DNA from: an uncultured bacterium
GTDB lineage: Bacteria > Cyanobacteriota > Cyanobacteriia > CAZCXK01
Length of the DNA: 64,000 nt
Assembly: GCA_964502605.1 (NCBI GenBank)
Contig: CAZCXK010000013.1
Span: 703 to 64,702 of the forward strand
Reading direction: 5' to 3'
Shown here: piece by piece, positions 7,321 through 18,375 of the stretch
Layout: every line of letters begins with the position of its first letter
Position numbering within the stretch: the first letter of the stretch is position 1
Made by a program: the position numbers and the translations under genes
Notes under the pieces: model-generated
What the model saw: the letters and a program-made list of their open reading frames with translations, nothing else
Told to the model about the DNA's origin: nothing
The model's database searches: none

Positions 7321-9615
7321 CTATGTTTTAGAGAGTGCAACGGGTCGCACGTCAATATTGCGATCAAACAAAATGCGCGGCGTCAGCAAGATTCTAATCA
7401 AAATCATCAGTGATTGAAACTCACCCGGAGTATGGCGACTTTTCCATTGCCCAGGGCGGCAAAACAGCAGTTTGATCAGGCGGCGCTGGTGTTCAAGGCT
7501 GGCAGCCTCCAGCATGATGCGAACCGTTGGAAACTCGTTGTGAAACCCTGTACGCACTACCTGCCCATGAAAGCATAAGTTTTCTTCTAAGATCTCTAGG
7601 TCAACATTGAGAGGGGTGGCAGCTGAGTCAACGCTGGGGAAGCCCGCTTGAGTTAGCTCAACTTCGACTCCGACCTCCGAAATCATGCGTGTTGTGCCCC
7701 AAAATGTTTGCTGCCCCAGGCTCAGTCGCACCGTTCGGCGCAGATCAAACCATTCATGCACATTAGGACGCGGCACATCAAGCAAGATTAACAGGGCAAT
7801 GCTGAGCATGATCAGGTTATAGGCGCTCCAAATCCAGCCGAGGTCAAAGCCGTGCATCCGTTGTGCCATTTTTGCTGCGGCTTCTGGCGATAACGTAGAC
7901 ATCTCCGCATCATGCACAATCGAGAGGCCAAGGTTAATCCACAGGCTAACGGCAGTTGCAATAAACATAACGACTAGCGGCCAAGCAAGCGACCAGTTGA
8001 AGGAATAGCGATCGCTTGCCGTCCCTTTCGGAGTCACCTTAAACCCTTTACCAAATGGAATCAGCATCGACTGAATAGCTGTCAGCGCTAGTGGGAAGCA
8101 GAGCACCAGCGAATAAATATCAGAAAGCAAGGCCGAGCGCGAGCGATAGTTGAGCCATGCAAAGACGGCCATCTGTACCAAATAGTAGGGCAGAAAGAAA
8201 TACAGCAACTCAGACGGAGATGCCCGCAGAGGAATTGCTTCAAGAAACGAATAGGCCAGCGGCATGAGCAAAAAGCCGACGCGTGAGATGCTGGTAAACC
8301 AGTGCAACAGCCCTTCTAGATAGGCTAGGCGCTGCACCGGGCGCAGTCCTGGAATCGTCAACGGATTCGATTGGATAAAAAACGCTTGCAACGTGCCACG
8401 GGCCCAGCGAATGCGCTGGAGCGCTTGAGAAGAAATATTTTCGGCAGCGAGGCCAGCGCTGAGCTTTTCGTCAAGATAGACTAAACGATAGCCCTCAGCC
8501 GCCAGACGAATCCCGGTAAAGTAGTCTTCACTCAACGATTCGGTAACAAACCCACCTGTCTTTTGCAAGGCGACTCGACGGACAACAAACGATGTGCCTG
8601 AACACACTACACCACCTGCTCCATCGCGCATTGGCTGAATCTGGCGATAAAACACTTCCTCCTCTGAGGTGAGCACATCTTCTAAGCCAAGGTTACGGGC
8701 AATTGGGTCAGGATTGTAGAAGCTTTGGGGTGTTTGAATCAGCCCTACGAGATCATCTTGAAAGAAGCCTACTGTGCGAGTGAGAAAGTTGGTAGTTGGT
8801 ACAAAGTCAGCGTCAAATATCGCAATCAGTTCACCAGTTGTGAGAGCGATCGCATTGTTGAGGTTCCCAGCTTTGGCATGGCGGTTATCCGATCGGGTGA
8901 TATATTCACAGCCCAACTCGTCCGCCAGTTGCTTAATCTCTGGGCGGCGTGTGTCATCGAGAAGATAGATGCGTTTGTTGGCATAGTCGAGCGCCTGACA
9001 CCCAATCACCGTTCGTCGCAAAATAAATGCGGGCTCATCATAGGTTGGAATCAGCACATCAACCCAAGGAACATAGGCTCCTGAGACAACATCTTGAGCC
9101 AAAATATCTGCTTCTGGGCGGCGATCGCGCACATTGAGCATCAGAAAAAGCTGGATGCAACTGTTCCCCAAAATCAGCAGCTCTAGCAAAAACAGAACCA
9201 GACTAAAGACCCCATTTAATGGAGTGCTTAGATTGAGAGTAGAGAGCGATCGCCAGACGAGATAACGCCCCAACAGCACTGACAAGATGCCGATGACAAT
9301 AAAGCGCGACCATTGGCGAGGCTGAGGTGAAACCCGCATCACGACGAAGACAATCAGCAGCAAAATTACAGTCGGAAACAGCAAATATTCCATGGCCACG
9401 CGGGGCACTTCCAGCCACAGCGGCGGGTTGGCCTGAGACATATCAAACGTGGAGAAAATGGCTGTGATTTGCCCCTGACCTGCAAACCAGGCTGCCACAA
9501 TTGTGGCAGCGAAACAAATCGACCCTAGCATCACAAGCGTTGCACCATGAGGCCGCCAGATTTTGTGTCGTCTCTGTCGATAGCTGAGTTCGTCTTGTGT
9601 CTGCGAAGGTGTCAT
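7321..9615 (-). CDS. Cellulose synthase-like family-2 glycosyltransferase (BcsA/CesA-type) with C-terminal PilZ domain
   Basis: GT2 motifs DDTRRP...DAD...TPQSFYN and QRIRWARG (QxxRW). Multiple TM helices. C-terminal RRTVRL...(PilZ RxxxR) plus a D/NxSxxG-like segment. Confidence 0.75.
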   Translation of the reverse strand: MTPSQTQDELSYRQRRHKIWRPHGATLVMLGSICFAATIVAAWFAGQGQITAIFSTFDMSQANPPLWLEVPRVAMEYLLFPTVILLLIVFVVMRVSPQPRQWSRFIVIGILSVLLGRYLVWRSLSTLNLSTPLNGVFSLVLFLLELLILGNSCIQLFLMLNVRDRRPEADILAQDVVSGAYVPWVDVLIPTYDEPAFILRRTVIGCQALDYANKRIYLLDDTRRPEIKQLADELGCEYITRSDNRHAKAGNLNNAIALTTGELIAIFDADFVPTTNFLTRTVGFFQDDLVGLIQTPQSFYNPDPIARNLGLEDVLTSEEEVFYRQIQPMRDGAGGVVCSGTSFVVRRVALQKTGGFVTESLSEDYFTGIRLAAEGYRLVYLDEKLSAGLAAENISSQALQRIRWARGTLQAFFIQSNPLTIPGLRPVQRLAYLEGLLHWFTSISRVGFLLMPLAYSFLEAIPLRASPSELLYFFLPYYLVQMAVFAWLNYRSRSALLSDIYSLVLCFPLALTAIQSMLIPFGKGFKVTPKGTASDRYSFNWSLAWPLVVMFIATAVSLWINLGLSIVHDAEMSTLSPEAAAKMAQRMHGFDLGWIWSAYNLIMLSIALLILLDVPRPNVHEWFDLRRTVRLSLGQQTFWGTTRMISEVGVEVELTQAGFPSVDSAATPLNVDLEILEENLCFHGQVVRTGFHNEFPTVRIMLEAASLEHQRRLIKLLFCRPGQWKSRHTPGEFQSLMILIRILLTPRILFDRNIDVRPVALSKT

Positions 9616-9975
9616 GAGTTGTCCCTAATCCAGTTTGATAGTGATGCCACAAGCTCTTGAGGGATATTAACCTCGTCCAAGTCTATAACTGGAGTTCTGC
9701 ATATGGGAAACCTTTAGTTCTCAAATAGTTCTCAAACATGATAAGAACATGGCATGAGAACATACTAAGTTGACGCTCCTAAACCACTGATATCGGCTTT
9801 AGAATGGCCTAGATTTTACGATTTTTAATAGCTACAGCCAGTATAGTGTGGCTACAAATTTCTCTGATGGCCGCACGATCCCGTCAGGGAGCGATCGCAT
9901 GCTGATTAATGTACGGCGCTCACCCGATAATGGTTTCGACAAACTACAGGATTAAGACTCTCATAGGCGGTTAAT

Positions 9976-10902
9976 ATGGCGGTCGTGCTGCTAGGAGACA
10001 TCGACTCTCCAACGGATTGGATTCATGAACTTACCAAGACATTATCCGAAACCGAAATTTTGCTGGAGTCAGAACTACAGGATGTAAGCCGCATTGAGGC
10101 TACGCTCACCTGGATGCATCCGCTCGGCTCATTGAGGCAATTTCCTAATCTCAACGTGATTATTTCAACAGGAGCCGGAGTCGATCACATTCTCCGCGAT
10201 CCTCAGTTGCCAGACGTGCCCATTGTTCGGATTGTTGACCCGAGCATGACGATGCAAATGAGTGAATATGTGATTCTGGCTGTGCTGCAATTTCAGCGGC
10301 GATCGCTCAATTATCAAACGCTACAAACCCTCAACCGCTGGGAGTATTTGCCAGCCAAACCCGCTAACTCATGCCCGATTGGCATCTTGGGTTTGGGGGT
10401 GCTGGGCACGGATACAGCTCAAAAGCTGAGCACCCTAGGCTTTCCAATCCGGGGTTGGAGTCGCACCCCAAAATCAATTCCTGGAGTCGATTGCTTTTCT
10501 GGCTGGACAACGCTGCCAGAATTCTTGAGCGGATGTCAGGTGCTCGTTTGCTTGCTACCGCTGACACCTGAAACAGACAGCATCCTCAATGGTGAGACGT
10601 TTATGGCGCTGCCGCAGGGTGCCTATCTAATCAACAGCGCCCGTGGACAGCATTTAGTCGAAGCTGATTTATTGGCCGCACTCGACTCGGGGCAGCTTGC
10701 GGGAGCGCAGCTAGATGTCTTTCGCACGGAGCCGTTGCCAATGGAGCATCCGTTTTGGGCTCACCCTAAAATTACGATGACGCCTCACATTGCTGCGCGC
10801 ACCGTTCCAGCGACTGCTGCCGTTCAAGTTGCCGAGGCGGTGTGCCGCAGCCGAGCCGGTATGTCACTAGAGCATGTTGTGCAGCGCGATCGCGGCTATT
10901 GA
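9976..10902 (+). CDS. D-2-hydroxyacid dehydrogenase family protein (glyoxylate/hydroxypyruvate reductase A-like)
   Basis: NAD-binding GILGLGVLGTDTAQKL; catalytic-domain pattern typical of GhrA-like enzymes. Confidence 0.7.
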   Translation: MAVVLLGDIDSPTDWIHELTKTLSETEILLESELQDVSRIEATLTWMHPLGSLRQFPNLNVIISTGAGVDHILRDPQLPDVPIVRIVDPSMTMQMSEYVILAVLQFQRRSLNYQTLQTLNRWEYLPAKPANSCPIGILGLGVLGTDTAQKLSTLGFPIRGWSRTPKSIPGVDCFSGWTTLPEFLSGCQVLVCLLPLTPETDSILNGETFMALPQGAYLINSARGQHLVEADLLAALDSGQLAGAQLDVFRTEPLPMEHPFWAHPKITMTPHIAARTVPATAAVQVAEAVCRSRAGMSLEHVVQRDRGY

Positions 10903-10932
10903 CCCCCTGTTATTTGTTCTTGAGTTGTTGTG

Positions 10933-12405
10933 TTAAGTACCCAACACCCAGTTGACCAATGTCCGCACGGCAAAGCCAGTGCCGCCAGGGTTGTTGTACC
11001 CGTCTTCTTTATCCGTCCAAACTGGGCCAGCGACGTCAAGGTGAACCCACGGTGTATCGTTGACAAACTGTTTCAGGAAGAGCGCCGCAGTGATGGCACC
11101 CCCTACACGCGGCCCCGTATTTTTCATATCGGCCACGACTGATTTCATGCCCTCAAAATATTTTTCTTCCATGGGCATGCGCCAAAACTTTTCGCCGGCT
11201 CGATCCGCTGCTCCTAGTAGTTCGGCTGACAAGGCATCACTTTCGCTCCAGAGTCCAGCGATATCATTGCCCAAGGCTACCATGCAGGCTCCGGTGAGGG
11301 TGGCTAAATCAACCATGGCATCAACCCCGAGCTTGTCAGTAAACACCAATGCATCCGCTAACGTCAGGCGACCTTCTGCATCCGTATTATTGACTTCGAT
11401 CGTTTTGCCGTTAGATGCCGTGAGAATGTCGCCGGGACGCATAGCACGACCGCTGATCATATTCTCAGTAACGGCACTAATAAAGTGAACTTCGACATTG
11501 GGCTTCAACTGGGCGATCGCCTTGGCCGCCCCTAACGTTGCAGCAGCTCCCCCCATATCGGTTTTCATCATTTCGATGCCGCTGCCAGACGGCTTGAGAT
11601 TCAACCCACCGCTGTCGAAGGTGAGCCCCTTGCCGATGATGGCGAGCTTGCGCTGAGGGGTGTCATCGGGGCGATAGGTGAGATGAATAAACTGAGGTGG
11701 CAAGTCTGATGCTTGAGCTACTCCCAAGAAGGCTCCCATGCCAAGCTTTTCGCAAGCCGCTTGGTCTAAAATTTCGAGGTCTAGGCCATATTCATGGGCG
11801 ATCGCCTCTGCGGTCTCAGCCATCACCAATGGCGTCACCACATTGGCAGGTGCTGAAACCAATTCGCGAGCCAAAATCACACCCCGGCAAACCTGCTGCG
11901 CCCGCTGAATGGCATCGTTCTGATCACCGAAGTTTAGCAAGTCAATCGTTTTGGGAGCATTGCCCTGCCCGTCTGATTCTGATTTGAAGCGAGTATCTTG
12001 GTGTAGCGCCAGCTCTAGCCCTTCCACGATTGCCTGAGCGGTCATCGCAGCCTGATCTCGCCACAGCGGCAGATATATCCCAACGGTCTGGCAGCGCTCC
12101 CGTTTCGCCATGCGGGCAATCGTACCTGCGGCCTGTCTGAGCGTTTCTACCGTCAATGTTTCTGGTTGGCCCAGCCCCACAATGGCAATCTTGCGAATGG
12201 GACTATTCGCCCCCACGCGGGTGATGGCACTGCTCCCCGCTTTCCCCTTAAACTCTATGTCTTGAATGAGTTCTGAGAGCGTGCCTGAGAGCGTTTCATC
12301 CAAGCACACCACCTCCTCAGACAACGGTGCGTCCGCAAAGAGACCGATCGCCAAACAATCACCTGACCACTCTAAAAGTTGCGTTTCTGTCCCTCGAAGC
12401 TCCAT
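10933..12405 (-). CDS. pepA: Leucyl aminopeptidase (M17 family)
   Basis: M17 signature [16 protein letters not shown]; length ~490 aa. Confidence 0.9.
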   Translation of the reverse strand: MELRGTETQLLEWSGDCLAIGLFADAPLSEEVVCLDETLSGTLSELIQDIEFKGKAGSSAITRVGANSPIRKIAIVGLGQPETLTVETLRQAAGTIARMAKRERCQTVGIYLPLWRDQAAMTAQAIVEGLELALHQDTRFKSESDGQGNAPKTIDLLNFGDQNDAIQRAQQVCRGVILARELVSAPANVVTPLVMAETAEAIAHEYGLDLEILDQAACEKLGMGAFLGVAQASDLPPQFIHLTYRPDDTPQRKLAIIGKGLTFDSGGLNLKPSGSGIEMMKTDMGGAAATLGAAKAIAQLKPNVEVHFISAVTENMISGRAMRPGDILTASNGKTIEVNNTDAEGRLTLADALVFTDKLGVDAMVDLATLTGACMVALGNDIAGLWSESDALSAELLGAADRAGEKFWRMPMEEKYFEGMKSVVADMKNTGPRVGGAITAALFLKQFVNDTPWVHLDVAGPVWTDKEDGYNNPGGTGFAVRTLVNWVLGT

Positions 12406-12532
12406 GCCGTCTATTACCTATCGTCTACTGATTTTTATAGCTCTACATCTTACTTTCCAGTATTGCTCAATTTCATCAGAGCTTGCGCTAGCATTCGTCA
12501 AGAGATATCGAAAATATCCATGTGCCGAACGA

Positions 12533-14773
12533 ATGATTAAGACTCGTAACGCAAAAATTCTACTGGGAGTAGGGTCTGGAATTGCTGTGGCGATCGCTGG
12601 AGGTGTTGGGCTTGCTACCCTAACGGGCATGGTGCCTCAAATCCTGAGCCTAGGGGACGCTGGCGATCGCCCCTCAAACGCCGAATCTGATGAGGCTGAT
12701 GTGTCCTCAATGGTGCTGCCGCTGATGACCGTTGCCCCAGCAGACCGGGCTGCTCAGCTAGAGGCGATCGCCATAGGTGAAGGGTCTGATAGCGATCAAG
12801 TTCCAACGGCTCTAGACCAGAGTCGAGCCCGCTTTGTGTTGGCAAGTGACCTGATTCAGCAGGGTAAAGCGGGATCGGCAGTGCCACTTTTAGAAGGGTT
12901 AGACGTAGATTATCCTAGTTTTGCGCCTGCAATTTTAATGCGGCAGGCACAAGCCCAGACTGCAACTGGAGACGCAGAGGTCGCTACGGCAGCTTGGCAA
13001 AAATTGTTGGCTGCCTATCCCGATAATCCGCTGGCAGCAGAGGCATTGTTTGCGCTCGGCAAAGCCGACCCACAGTACTGGGATCAGCTATTGGAGACGT
13101 TTCCGGCCCATCCTCGGGCGGTTGATGTCGCTCAAACTCGCCTTAGCGAAAATCCTGATTCGCTTGACCTACTGCTACTGGTGGCCAAGCATGGGCTCTA
13201 TTTGCCTGATAGTGGCGAGGTACTCAATCGCTTGGTTAATGAGTATTCTGACCAGCTTCAGCCTGATGATTGGCAGGCGATCGCCTTTGGTTACTGGGAA
13301 ACGCAGTATTACGGTAGCGCCTCCTATGCCTATGAGCGGGCTGCGGTAACGCCGCTTCATCTCTATCGGGTGGGGCGAGGGGCGCAACTCGATAGACGGG
13401 GTGCAGATGCGATCGCGGCCTATCAGCGGCTGATCAGCGAATTTCCTGAGGCTGATGAAACGGGTGAAGCACTGTTGCGCCTCTCTCGCTTGGTCAATGC
13501 CAACCAGGCGATCGCCTATCTTGATCAGGCGATCGCCCAATTCCCAGATCAGGCCGCATCAGCTCTCCAAGAACGAGCCGCAGTGCTTGACGAGCTGCAA
13601 AGCAGCCAATCTGCCGAACAAGCGCGTCAGTCAGTGTTGACCCAATATTCAGAGTCTGATGCCGCTGCTGAAATTCGCTGGCAGCAAGCCGAACAATACG
13701 CCGAACAGGATGATCCTAAAAATGCTTGGGAATGGGCAGGCCAAATCGTGACGCACAATCCAGATAGCGAACTAGCCCCCGAGGCGGCATTTTGGGTTGG
13801 CAAGTGGGCGTTGCAATTAGGGCGAGACAATGAAGCTCGCCGTGCCTTTGAGCACACCCTGACTCAATATCCAGAGTCTTACTATGCATGGCGATCAGCT
13901 GTTTATCTAGGCTGGGACGTCGGTGACTTTACATCGCTGCGGTCAAAGTTGCCGACGCTGGAAAAACCGGCCCTACGACCTGCTCCGCCTGCAGGCTCAG
14001 ATGTTCTGAAAGAACTGTATCAGCTTGGGCAAGATCGAGAGGCATGGTCAATGTGGCAAGTCGAATTTGCCATGCCGACGCAGCCAACAGTTGCAGAACA
14101 ATTTACCGATGGCCTCATGCGGCTGGCGATCGGAGACAACCTCGACGGCCTTTTCATGCTGTCTAGCCTGACGTGGCGCGCCACGCCAGAAGAGGCCCTC
14201 AGTGCCGCTGATGTCAAGCAACAAACTGCCTATTGGCAAGCACTCTACCCATTTCCATATTTTGCAGCCATTCAGTCGTGGTCAGATCAGCGCCAGCTCA
14301 ACCCCGTCTTAGTCACTGCACTCATTCGCCAAGAATCTCGGTTTGAATCACGCATCCAATCTGTTGTAGGAGCCACTGGACTGATGCAGATCATGCCGTC
14401 TACCGCCGACTGGATCGCCCAGCAAACCGATGTGGGCGACTACAATCTCAATGAGCCCAACGACAATATTGAGCTGGGTACCTGGTATCTCGACTATACC
14501 CATCAAGAATATGATGACAATTCGCTCTTTGCAGTGGCCAGCTACAATGCTGGCCCTGGTAGTGTTGCCGACTGGATCAGTCGATTTGGGTTTAGCGACC
14601 CAGATTGGTTTGTCGAGCAGATTCCATTTCCTGAGACAAAAGGATATGTCGAATCTGTATTTGAAAATTATTGGAACTATCTGCGACTTTATAATCCAGA
14701 GGTCTCACAGCAGCTAGCTCAATATTCACCCAAGCATGCGGGGCTAATCAATCGCGCCGAATATCCGCGCTAA
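12533..14773 (+). CDS. Soluble lytic murein transglycosylase-like protein (TPR-like superhelical domain + C-terminal SLT domain)
   Basis: SLT motifs ESRFESRIQSVVGATGLMQIMPSTA and ...YNAGPGSV. The likely true start is ATG 12533 (MIKTRNAKILLGVGSGIAVAIAGG, a signal/TM). The track start at 12266 overlaps pepA on the opposite strand and is probably over-extended. Confidence 0.75.
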   Translation: MIKTRNAKILLGVGSGIAVAIAGGVGLATLTGMVPQILSLGDAGDRPSNAESDEADVSSMVLPLMTVAPADRAAQLEAIAIGEGSDSDQVPTALDQSRARFVLASDLIQQGKAGSAVPLLEGLDVDYPSFAPAILMRQAQAQTATGDAEVATAAWQKLLAAYPDNPLAAEALFALGKADPQYWDQLLETFPAHPRAVDVAQTRLSENPDSLDLLLLVAKHGLYLPDSGEVLNRLVNEYSDQLQPDDWQAIAFGYWETQYYGSASYAYERAAVTPLHLYRVGRGAQLDRRGADAIAAYQRLISEFPEADETGEALLRLSRLVNANQAIAYLDQAIAQFPDQAASALQERAAVLDELQSSQSAEQARQSVLTQYSESDAAAEIRWQQAEQYAEQDDPKNAWEWAGQIVTHNPDSELAPEAAFWVGKWALQLGRDNEARRAFEHTLTQYPESYYAWRSAVYLGWDVGDFTSLRSKLPTLEKPALRPAPPAGSDVLKELYQLGQDREAWSMWQVEFAMPTQPTVAEQFTDGLMRLAIGDNLDGLFMLSSLTWRATPEEALSAADVKQQTAYWQALYPFPYFAAIQSWSDQRQLNPVLVTALIRQESRFESRIQSVVGATGLMQIMPSTADWIAQQTDVGDYNLNEPNDNIELGTWYLDYTHQEYDDNSLFAVASYNAGPGSVADWISRFGFSDPDWFVEQIPFPETKGYVESVFENYWNYLRLYNPEVSQQLAQYSPKHAGLINRAEYPR

Positions 14774-14855
14774 TTCAGCCATCTTTTCAAGTTCTTTACT
14801 TTTTAGAACTATTGTAGTGGGTGTTGAATATATGGTTGCAATGAGGAAAATACTC

Positions 14856-15545
14856 ATGAGCAAGACTTCTAATCAGTTGAAGAGACTTGGCGCGTTACTC
14901 GGAGTTGCAGCAGCTGGCCTGTTTGTTAGCTTGCCAGCGCTCGCCGGATCTGCAGATGTCGGTAATTCTTCATCGACACAGGTTTCTCAGGCTGATGATC
15001 TGGCTCCGTCAGAGAGTATGGGCCAACCCGATGCTCCTGCCGAAGGCTCTATGACTCCGGCAGAACCACCGCCAGCCCAACCTAACGCTCCTGCTCAAAC
15101 ACCTCCGACAGAGGCTCCAGCTAATGAGCCAATGGATGAGACAATGTCTCCATCGGAGGCTCCAATGAGTGAATCTGTGACGCCTGACGAGCTAGAGCAG
15201 TTTGCGAATGTCGTTCCTGAGCTGCAAGCAATTCAGCAGTCTGCTCAAGCAGGGGTTGCGGCTGCAATCGAGGAATCGGGTCTAACGCGTGAGCGATTTA
15301 GTGAGCTTTATCAGGCTCAAGAGTCGCCAGAAGCCGCCTCGGATGCGACTGCTTCACCAGAGGAGCAACAGTCGTTTAGCGTTGCATTTGCAGAAATTCA
15401 GCAGATTGAGCAGGAGATTCAGTCTCAGCGAGAGCAGGTGCTAGCAGATGAAGGATTAGACCTACAGCGGTTTAATGAAATTTTGGGCGCGATTCAGCAA
15501 GATCCGAGCTTGCAGCAACAGGTTCAAGAAATGTTAACAAACTAG
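14856..15545 (+). CDS. Secreted Pro/Glu/Gln-rich hypothetical protein (possibly DUF4168-like)
   Basis: Signal peptide MSKTSNQLKRLGALLGVAAAGLFVSLPALAGSA. GAGGA lies 9 nt upstream of ATG 14856. The C-terminal half has paired alpha-helical repeats. Confidence 0.5.
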   Translation: MSKTSNQLKRLGALLGVAAAGLFVSLPALAGSADVGNSSSTQVSQADDLAPSESMGQPDAPAEGSMTPAEPPPAQPNAPAQTPPTEAPANEPMDETMSPSEAPMSESVTPDELEQFANVVPELQAIQQSAQAGVAAAIEESGLTRERFSELYQAQESPEAASDATASPEEQQSFSVAFAEIQQIEQEIQSQREQVLADEGLDLQRFNEILGAIQQDPSLQQQVQEMLTN

Positions 15546-15752
15546 TGCTGGGCTGATAGGCGACCCAAACTAGACGTGCCCAGGCTTACTTAACTTTGGA
15601 TGTGCCGAATCCAGGTGCTGAATCCTTGATGGCGAGGATTCAGCTTTTTTTATGCTAATCTGCCAAATTCATGTCCCCTTGTCTCAACTCCCCCATTACA
15701 ATAGTCAACGAAGCCGACACATGATTCAGGAAGCAAGGATTTAGCAAGGCTC

Positions 15753-16547
15753 ATGACAACCCTCTCAGATCCGAAAACAAACGAGAAGGAAGATCGGCCT
15801 GTTTCGGCTGGCGATCGCTCACATTCTGACTATGCTGATGACGCGCTAGATGACGTCGAAATGTCGCTGTTTGATCACCTCGAAGAACTGCGATTGCGGC
15901 TTTTTTATGCGCTGATCGCCGTGGTGGTCGGGGTGATTGGGTGTTTTGCCTTCGTCAATCGCATTGTCCAGGTTCTAGAGCTGCCAGCACAAGGCGTCAA
16001 ATTTCTTCAGCTCTCACCGGGAGAATATTTCTTTGTATCGGTCAAAGTGGCAGGTTACAGCGGAATTTTGATCGCCAGCCCCATGATTCTTTATCAGATT
16101 ATTCGGTTTGTGCTGCCCGGTTTAACCCGGCGAGAGCGCCGCTTACTGGCTCCAATTGTCTTTGGCTCCAGTGTGTTGTTCTTTGCAGGACTGGCATTTT
16201 CATATTTTCTCTTGATTCCGGCTGCACTCAATTTCTTTATCAGCTACGGGGCTGATGTTGTTGAACAACTGTGGTCGATCGATCGATATTTTGAGTTTGT
16301 GTTGTTGCTGATGTTTAGTACGGGATTGGCATTTCAAATCCCGGTGGTGCAGTTTTTGCTAGGCGTGCTGGGTATCGTCTCGTCGAAGCAAATGCTGTCG
16401 GGCTGGCGCTATGTATTGGTTGGGGCGGCGGTGCTGGGGGCGGTGCTGACTCCATCAACTGACCCGATCACGCAGAGTCTCTTAGGGGGTGCTGTGCTGG
16501 CTCTATATTTTGGCGGTGCCGGGTTAGTGGTTTTGTTTGGGCGCTAG
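15753..16547 (+). CDS. tatC: Twin-arginine translocase subunit TatC
   Basis: [24 protein letters not shown] is the canonical TatC N-terminal motif, with 6 TM helices. The N-terminal extension before MSLFDHL may be non-coding. Confidence 0.85.
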   Translation: MTTLSDPKTNEKEDRPVSAGDRSHSDYADDALDDVEMSLFDHLEELRLRLFYALIAVVVGVIGCFAFVNRIVQVLELPAQGVKFLQLSPGEYFFVSVKVAGYSGILIASPMILYQIIRFVLPGLTRRERRLLAPIVFGSSVLFFAGLAFSYFLLIPAALNFFISYGADVVEQLWSIDRYFEFVLLLMFSTGLAFQIPVVQFLLGVLGIVSSKQMLSGWRYVLVGAAVLGAVLTPSTDPITQSLLGGAVLALYFGGAGLVVLFGR

Positions 16548-16556
16548 AGCATTAAT

Positions 16557-16865
16557 TCACAAAATCCATTCTGAGGCGCGTTCTCCTAGGTCGATGGGAA
16601 TGCTCACAGCCTTGCCCAATCGGGGCCGATCGCGTGTTTGTTCAATAAAGTCGCGCACTTGAGCTGTGCTCCCCCATGCGTTGAGGTAGTCGGCGATCGC
16701 CTCTAGATGAGCCATATATTCGGTCTCATTCATCGGAAATGATGCTTGCTCTAGATATTTCCACATCACTTGGACAAACATTTTGTCTTGAACGCGCCGC
16801 AGCTGGATATCAAACGAATATCCCCATTTTTCTAACAGTAGCTGGTGCAACTCTTCTCCAGTCAT
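16557..16865 (-). CDS. Conserved cyanobacterial hypothetical protein (DUF3067-like)
   Basis: MTGEELHQLLLEKWGYSFDIQLRR... resembles the DUF3067 family. Recalled from memory. Confidence 0.45.
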   Translation of the reverse strand: MTGEELHQLLLEKWGYSFDIQLRRVQDKMFVQVMWKYLEQASFPMNETEYMAHLEAIADYLNAWGSTAQVRDFIEQTRDRPRLGKAVSIPIDLGERASEWIL

Positions 16866-17358
16866 AGCGCTCAGGCAATATTGAAATAGTCAGAGTATTA
16901 CGATCCTCATCTTCTTTTAGAGTAAAACGTTTATCGGGCGCGTCAACTGATTTGCCAACAGACAGGTTGCACCAAGCCCCAGCAGTGCAATTTCTTCTCT
17001 GGGGTTTGGCTTGATCAGGTGCAAGCACGCTGAATCTATGGCGTCATGGCCCGACGCAGCGCACCTGAAAGCGATCGCCCTAGAAAATGTTTGACACAGG
17101 TTTCAATCAACTTGGGGTTTGACGACACACAATAAAACGAAGTGAGAATTACTTAAGAACTAGAGGTTTTCCCAGACAGAGAACCTGTTTTCGACTTCAA
17201 TGTGGCTGTAATAAGTTCACGTAAGCTTCATACAAACTGGGGAACTTGGGCAAGTCTGTGAAGATTCTGCGAATTTCCCTGATCCCCACCCAGTCTGTGA
17301 CTAACGAACCATGCGCAAATCTTTATAACCAGATATAGGTACTTATACGGTCATACGT

Positions 17359-18108
17359 ATGGGTTACTTATTTTGGTTTTATTTCCGATCATCAGATCCG
17401 GTCATCGATTACGGCGAAGGTTTTTTTAGCATGACCCATTACTCTCAGGCGGATTTCTCAAGTGCAGCTACTGTTGCCTCTCCAACACTATTTGATTTGA
17501 TGCATCCATCGTCATGTTGTCCTTACAAGCGACTGATTGATGTCGCTGGAGGTCTGGTGGGCTTGTTGATTCTGGTGATTTTACTGGTTCCCTTGGCGAT
17601 CGCCATCAAGCTTGACAGTCGAGGCCCGATCTTTTATCAACAAACGCGATATGGGTTGCACGGGCGTCCGTTTATCATTCGCAAGTTTCGCTCGATGGTC
17701 GCAAATGCAGACGATCTTAAAACCCTAATTCCAAACGAGGCCAAGGGGCTAATCTTCAAGAATAAGCACGATCCGCGCGTGACGCGGGTGGGCCGGTTTC
17801 TACGGAAAACTAGTCTGGATGAAATCCCCCAGTTTTGGAATGTATTCGTCGGGGAAATGAGTCTTGTGGGTACTCGTCCCCCGACGGGTGATGAGGTCAA
17901 ACACTACAGCGATCGCCACTGGCAACGACTGAATGTCAAACCCGGTTTAACTGGAGAGTGGCAGGTTAGCGGGCGCTCAAGCATCAGTGATTTTGAAGAT
18001 ATTGTCAATTTAGACTTGCGCTATCAATCTCAGTGGACCCCATTCTACGATCTGCACTTGATTTGGAAGACAGTGCAAATCTTGCTGAGAGGAGAAGGTG
18101 CTTACTAA
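17359..18108 (+). CDS. Sugar transferase (polyprenyl glycosylphosphotransferase, EpsL/WbaP C-terminal-domain type)
   Basis: Bacterial sugar transferase motifs: KLDSRGPIFYQQTRYGLHGRPFIIRKFRSM ... LDEIPQFWNVFVGEMSLVGTRPP. Confidence 0.85.
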   Translation: MGYLFWFYFRSSDPVIDYGEGFFSMTHYSQADFSSAATVASPTLFDLMHPSSCCPYKRLIDVAGGLVGLLILVILLVPLAIAIKLDSRGPIFYQQTRYGLHGRPFIIRKFRSMVANADDLKTLIPNEAKGLIFKNKHDPRVTRVGRFLRKTSLDEIPQFWNVFVGEMSLVGTRPPTGDEVKHYSDRHWQRLNVKPGLTGEWQVSGRSSISDFEDIVNLDLRYQSQWTPFYDLHLIWKTVQILLRGEGAY

Positions 18109-18375
18109 CTCAAGATTGTTGACTCAAAACCGCAACGCAACTTAACGATTGGCCATAAGATTTGCAAGCATTTCAGCACAGAGCCGTCCTCAGGTTTTAC
18201 AACTGAAGTGAGGGCCGCACCAGCACCAGATGGCATCTTCATTGGTAGTGCGTAATTGGGTGCAGATGAAGAGCAGATGAGATGAGTCTCAGGCCAAGCT
18301 CAGGCATCTCTTGAGACTCTGGTGATGCCGCTTTCAGTTGATGCGCCTCAGTTGAATCTGCTGGAGGATTGCGCT

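Noticed and set aside
8725-9652. Short ORFs within or antisense to the cellulose synthase gene
   Set aside because: Embedded in a long, motif-rich GT2 ORF; no independent support.
12266-12532. Track start of the lytic transglycosylase ORF overlapping pepA
   Set aside because: A 140-nt antisense overlap with pepA and a Ser-rich non-protein-like extension. ATG 12533, followed by a signal/TM sequence, is a better start.
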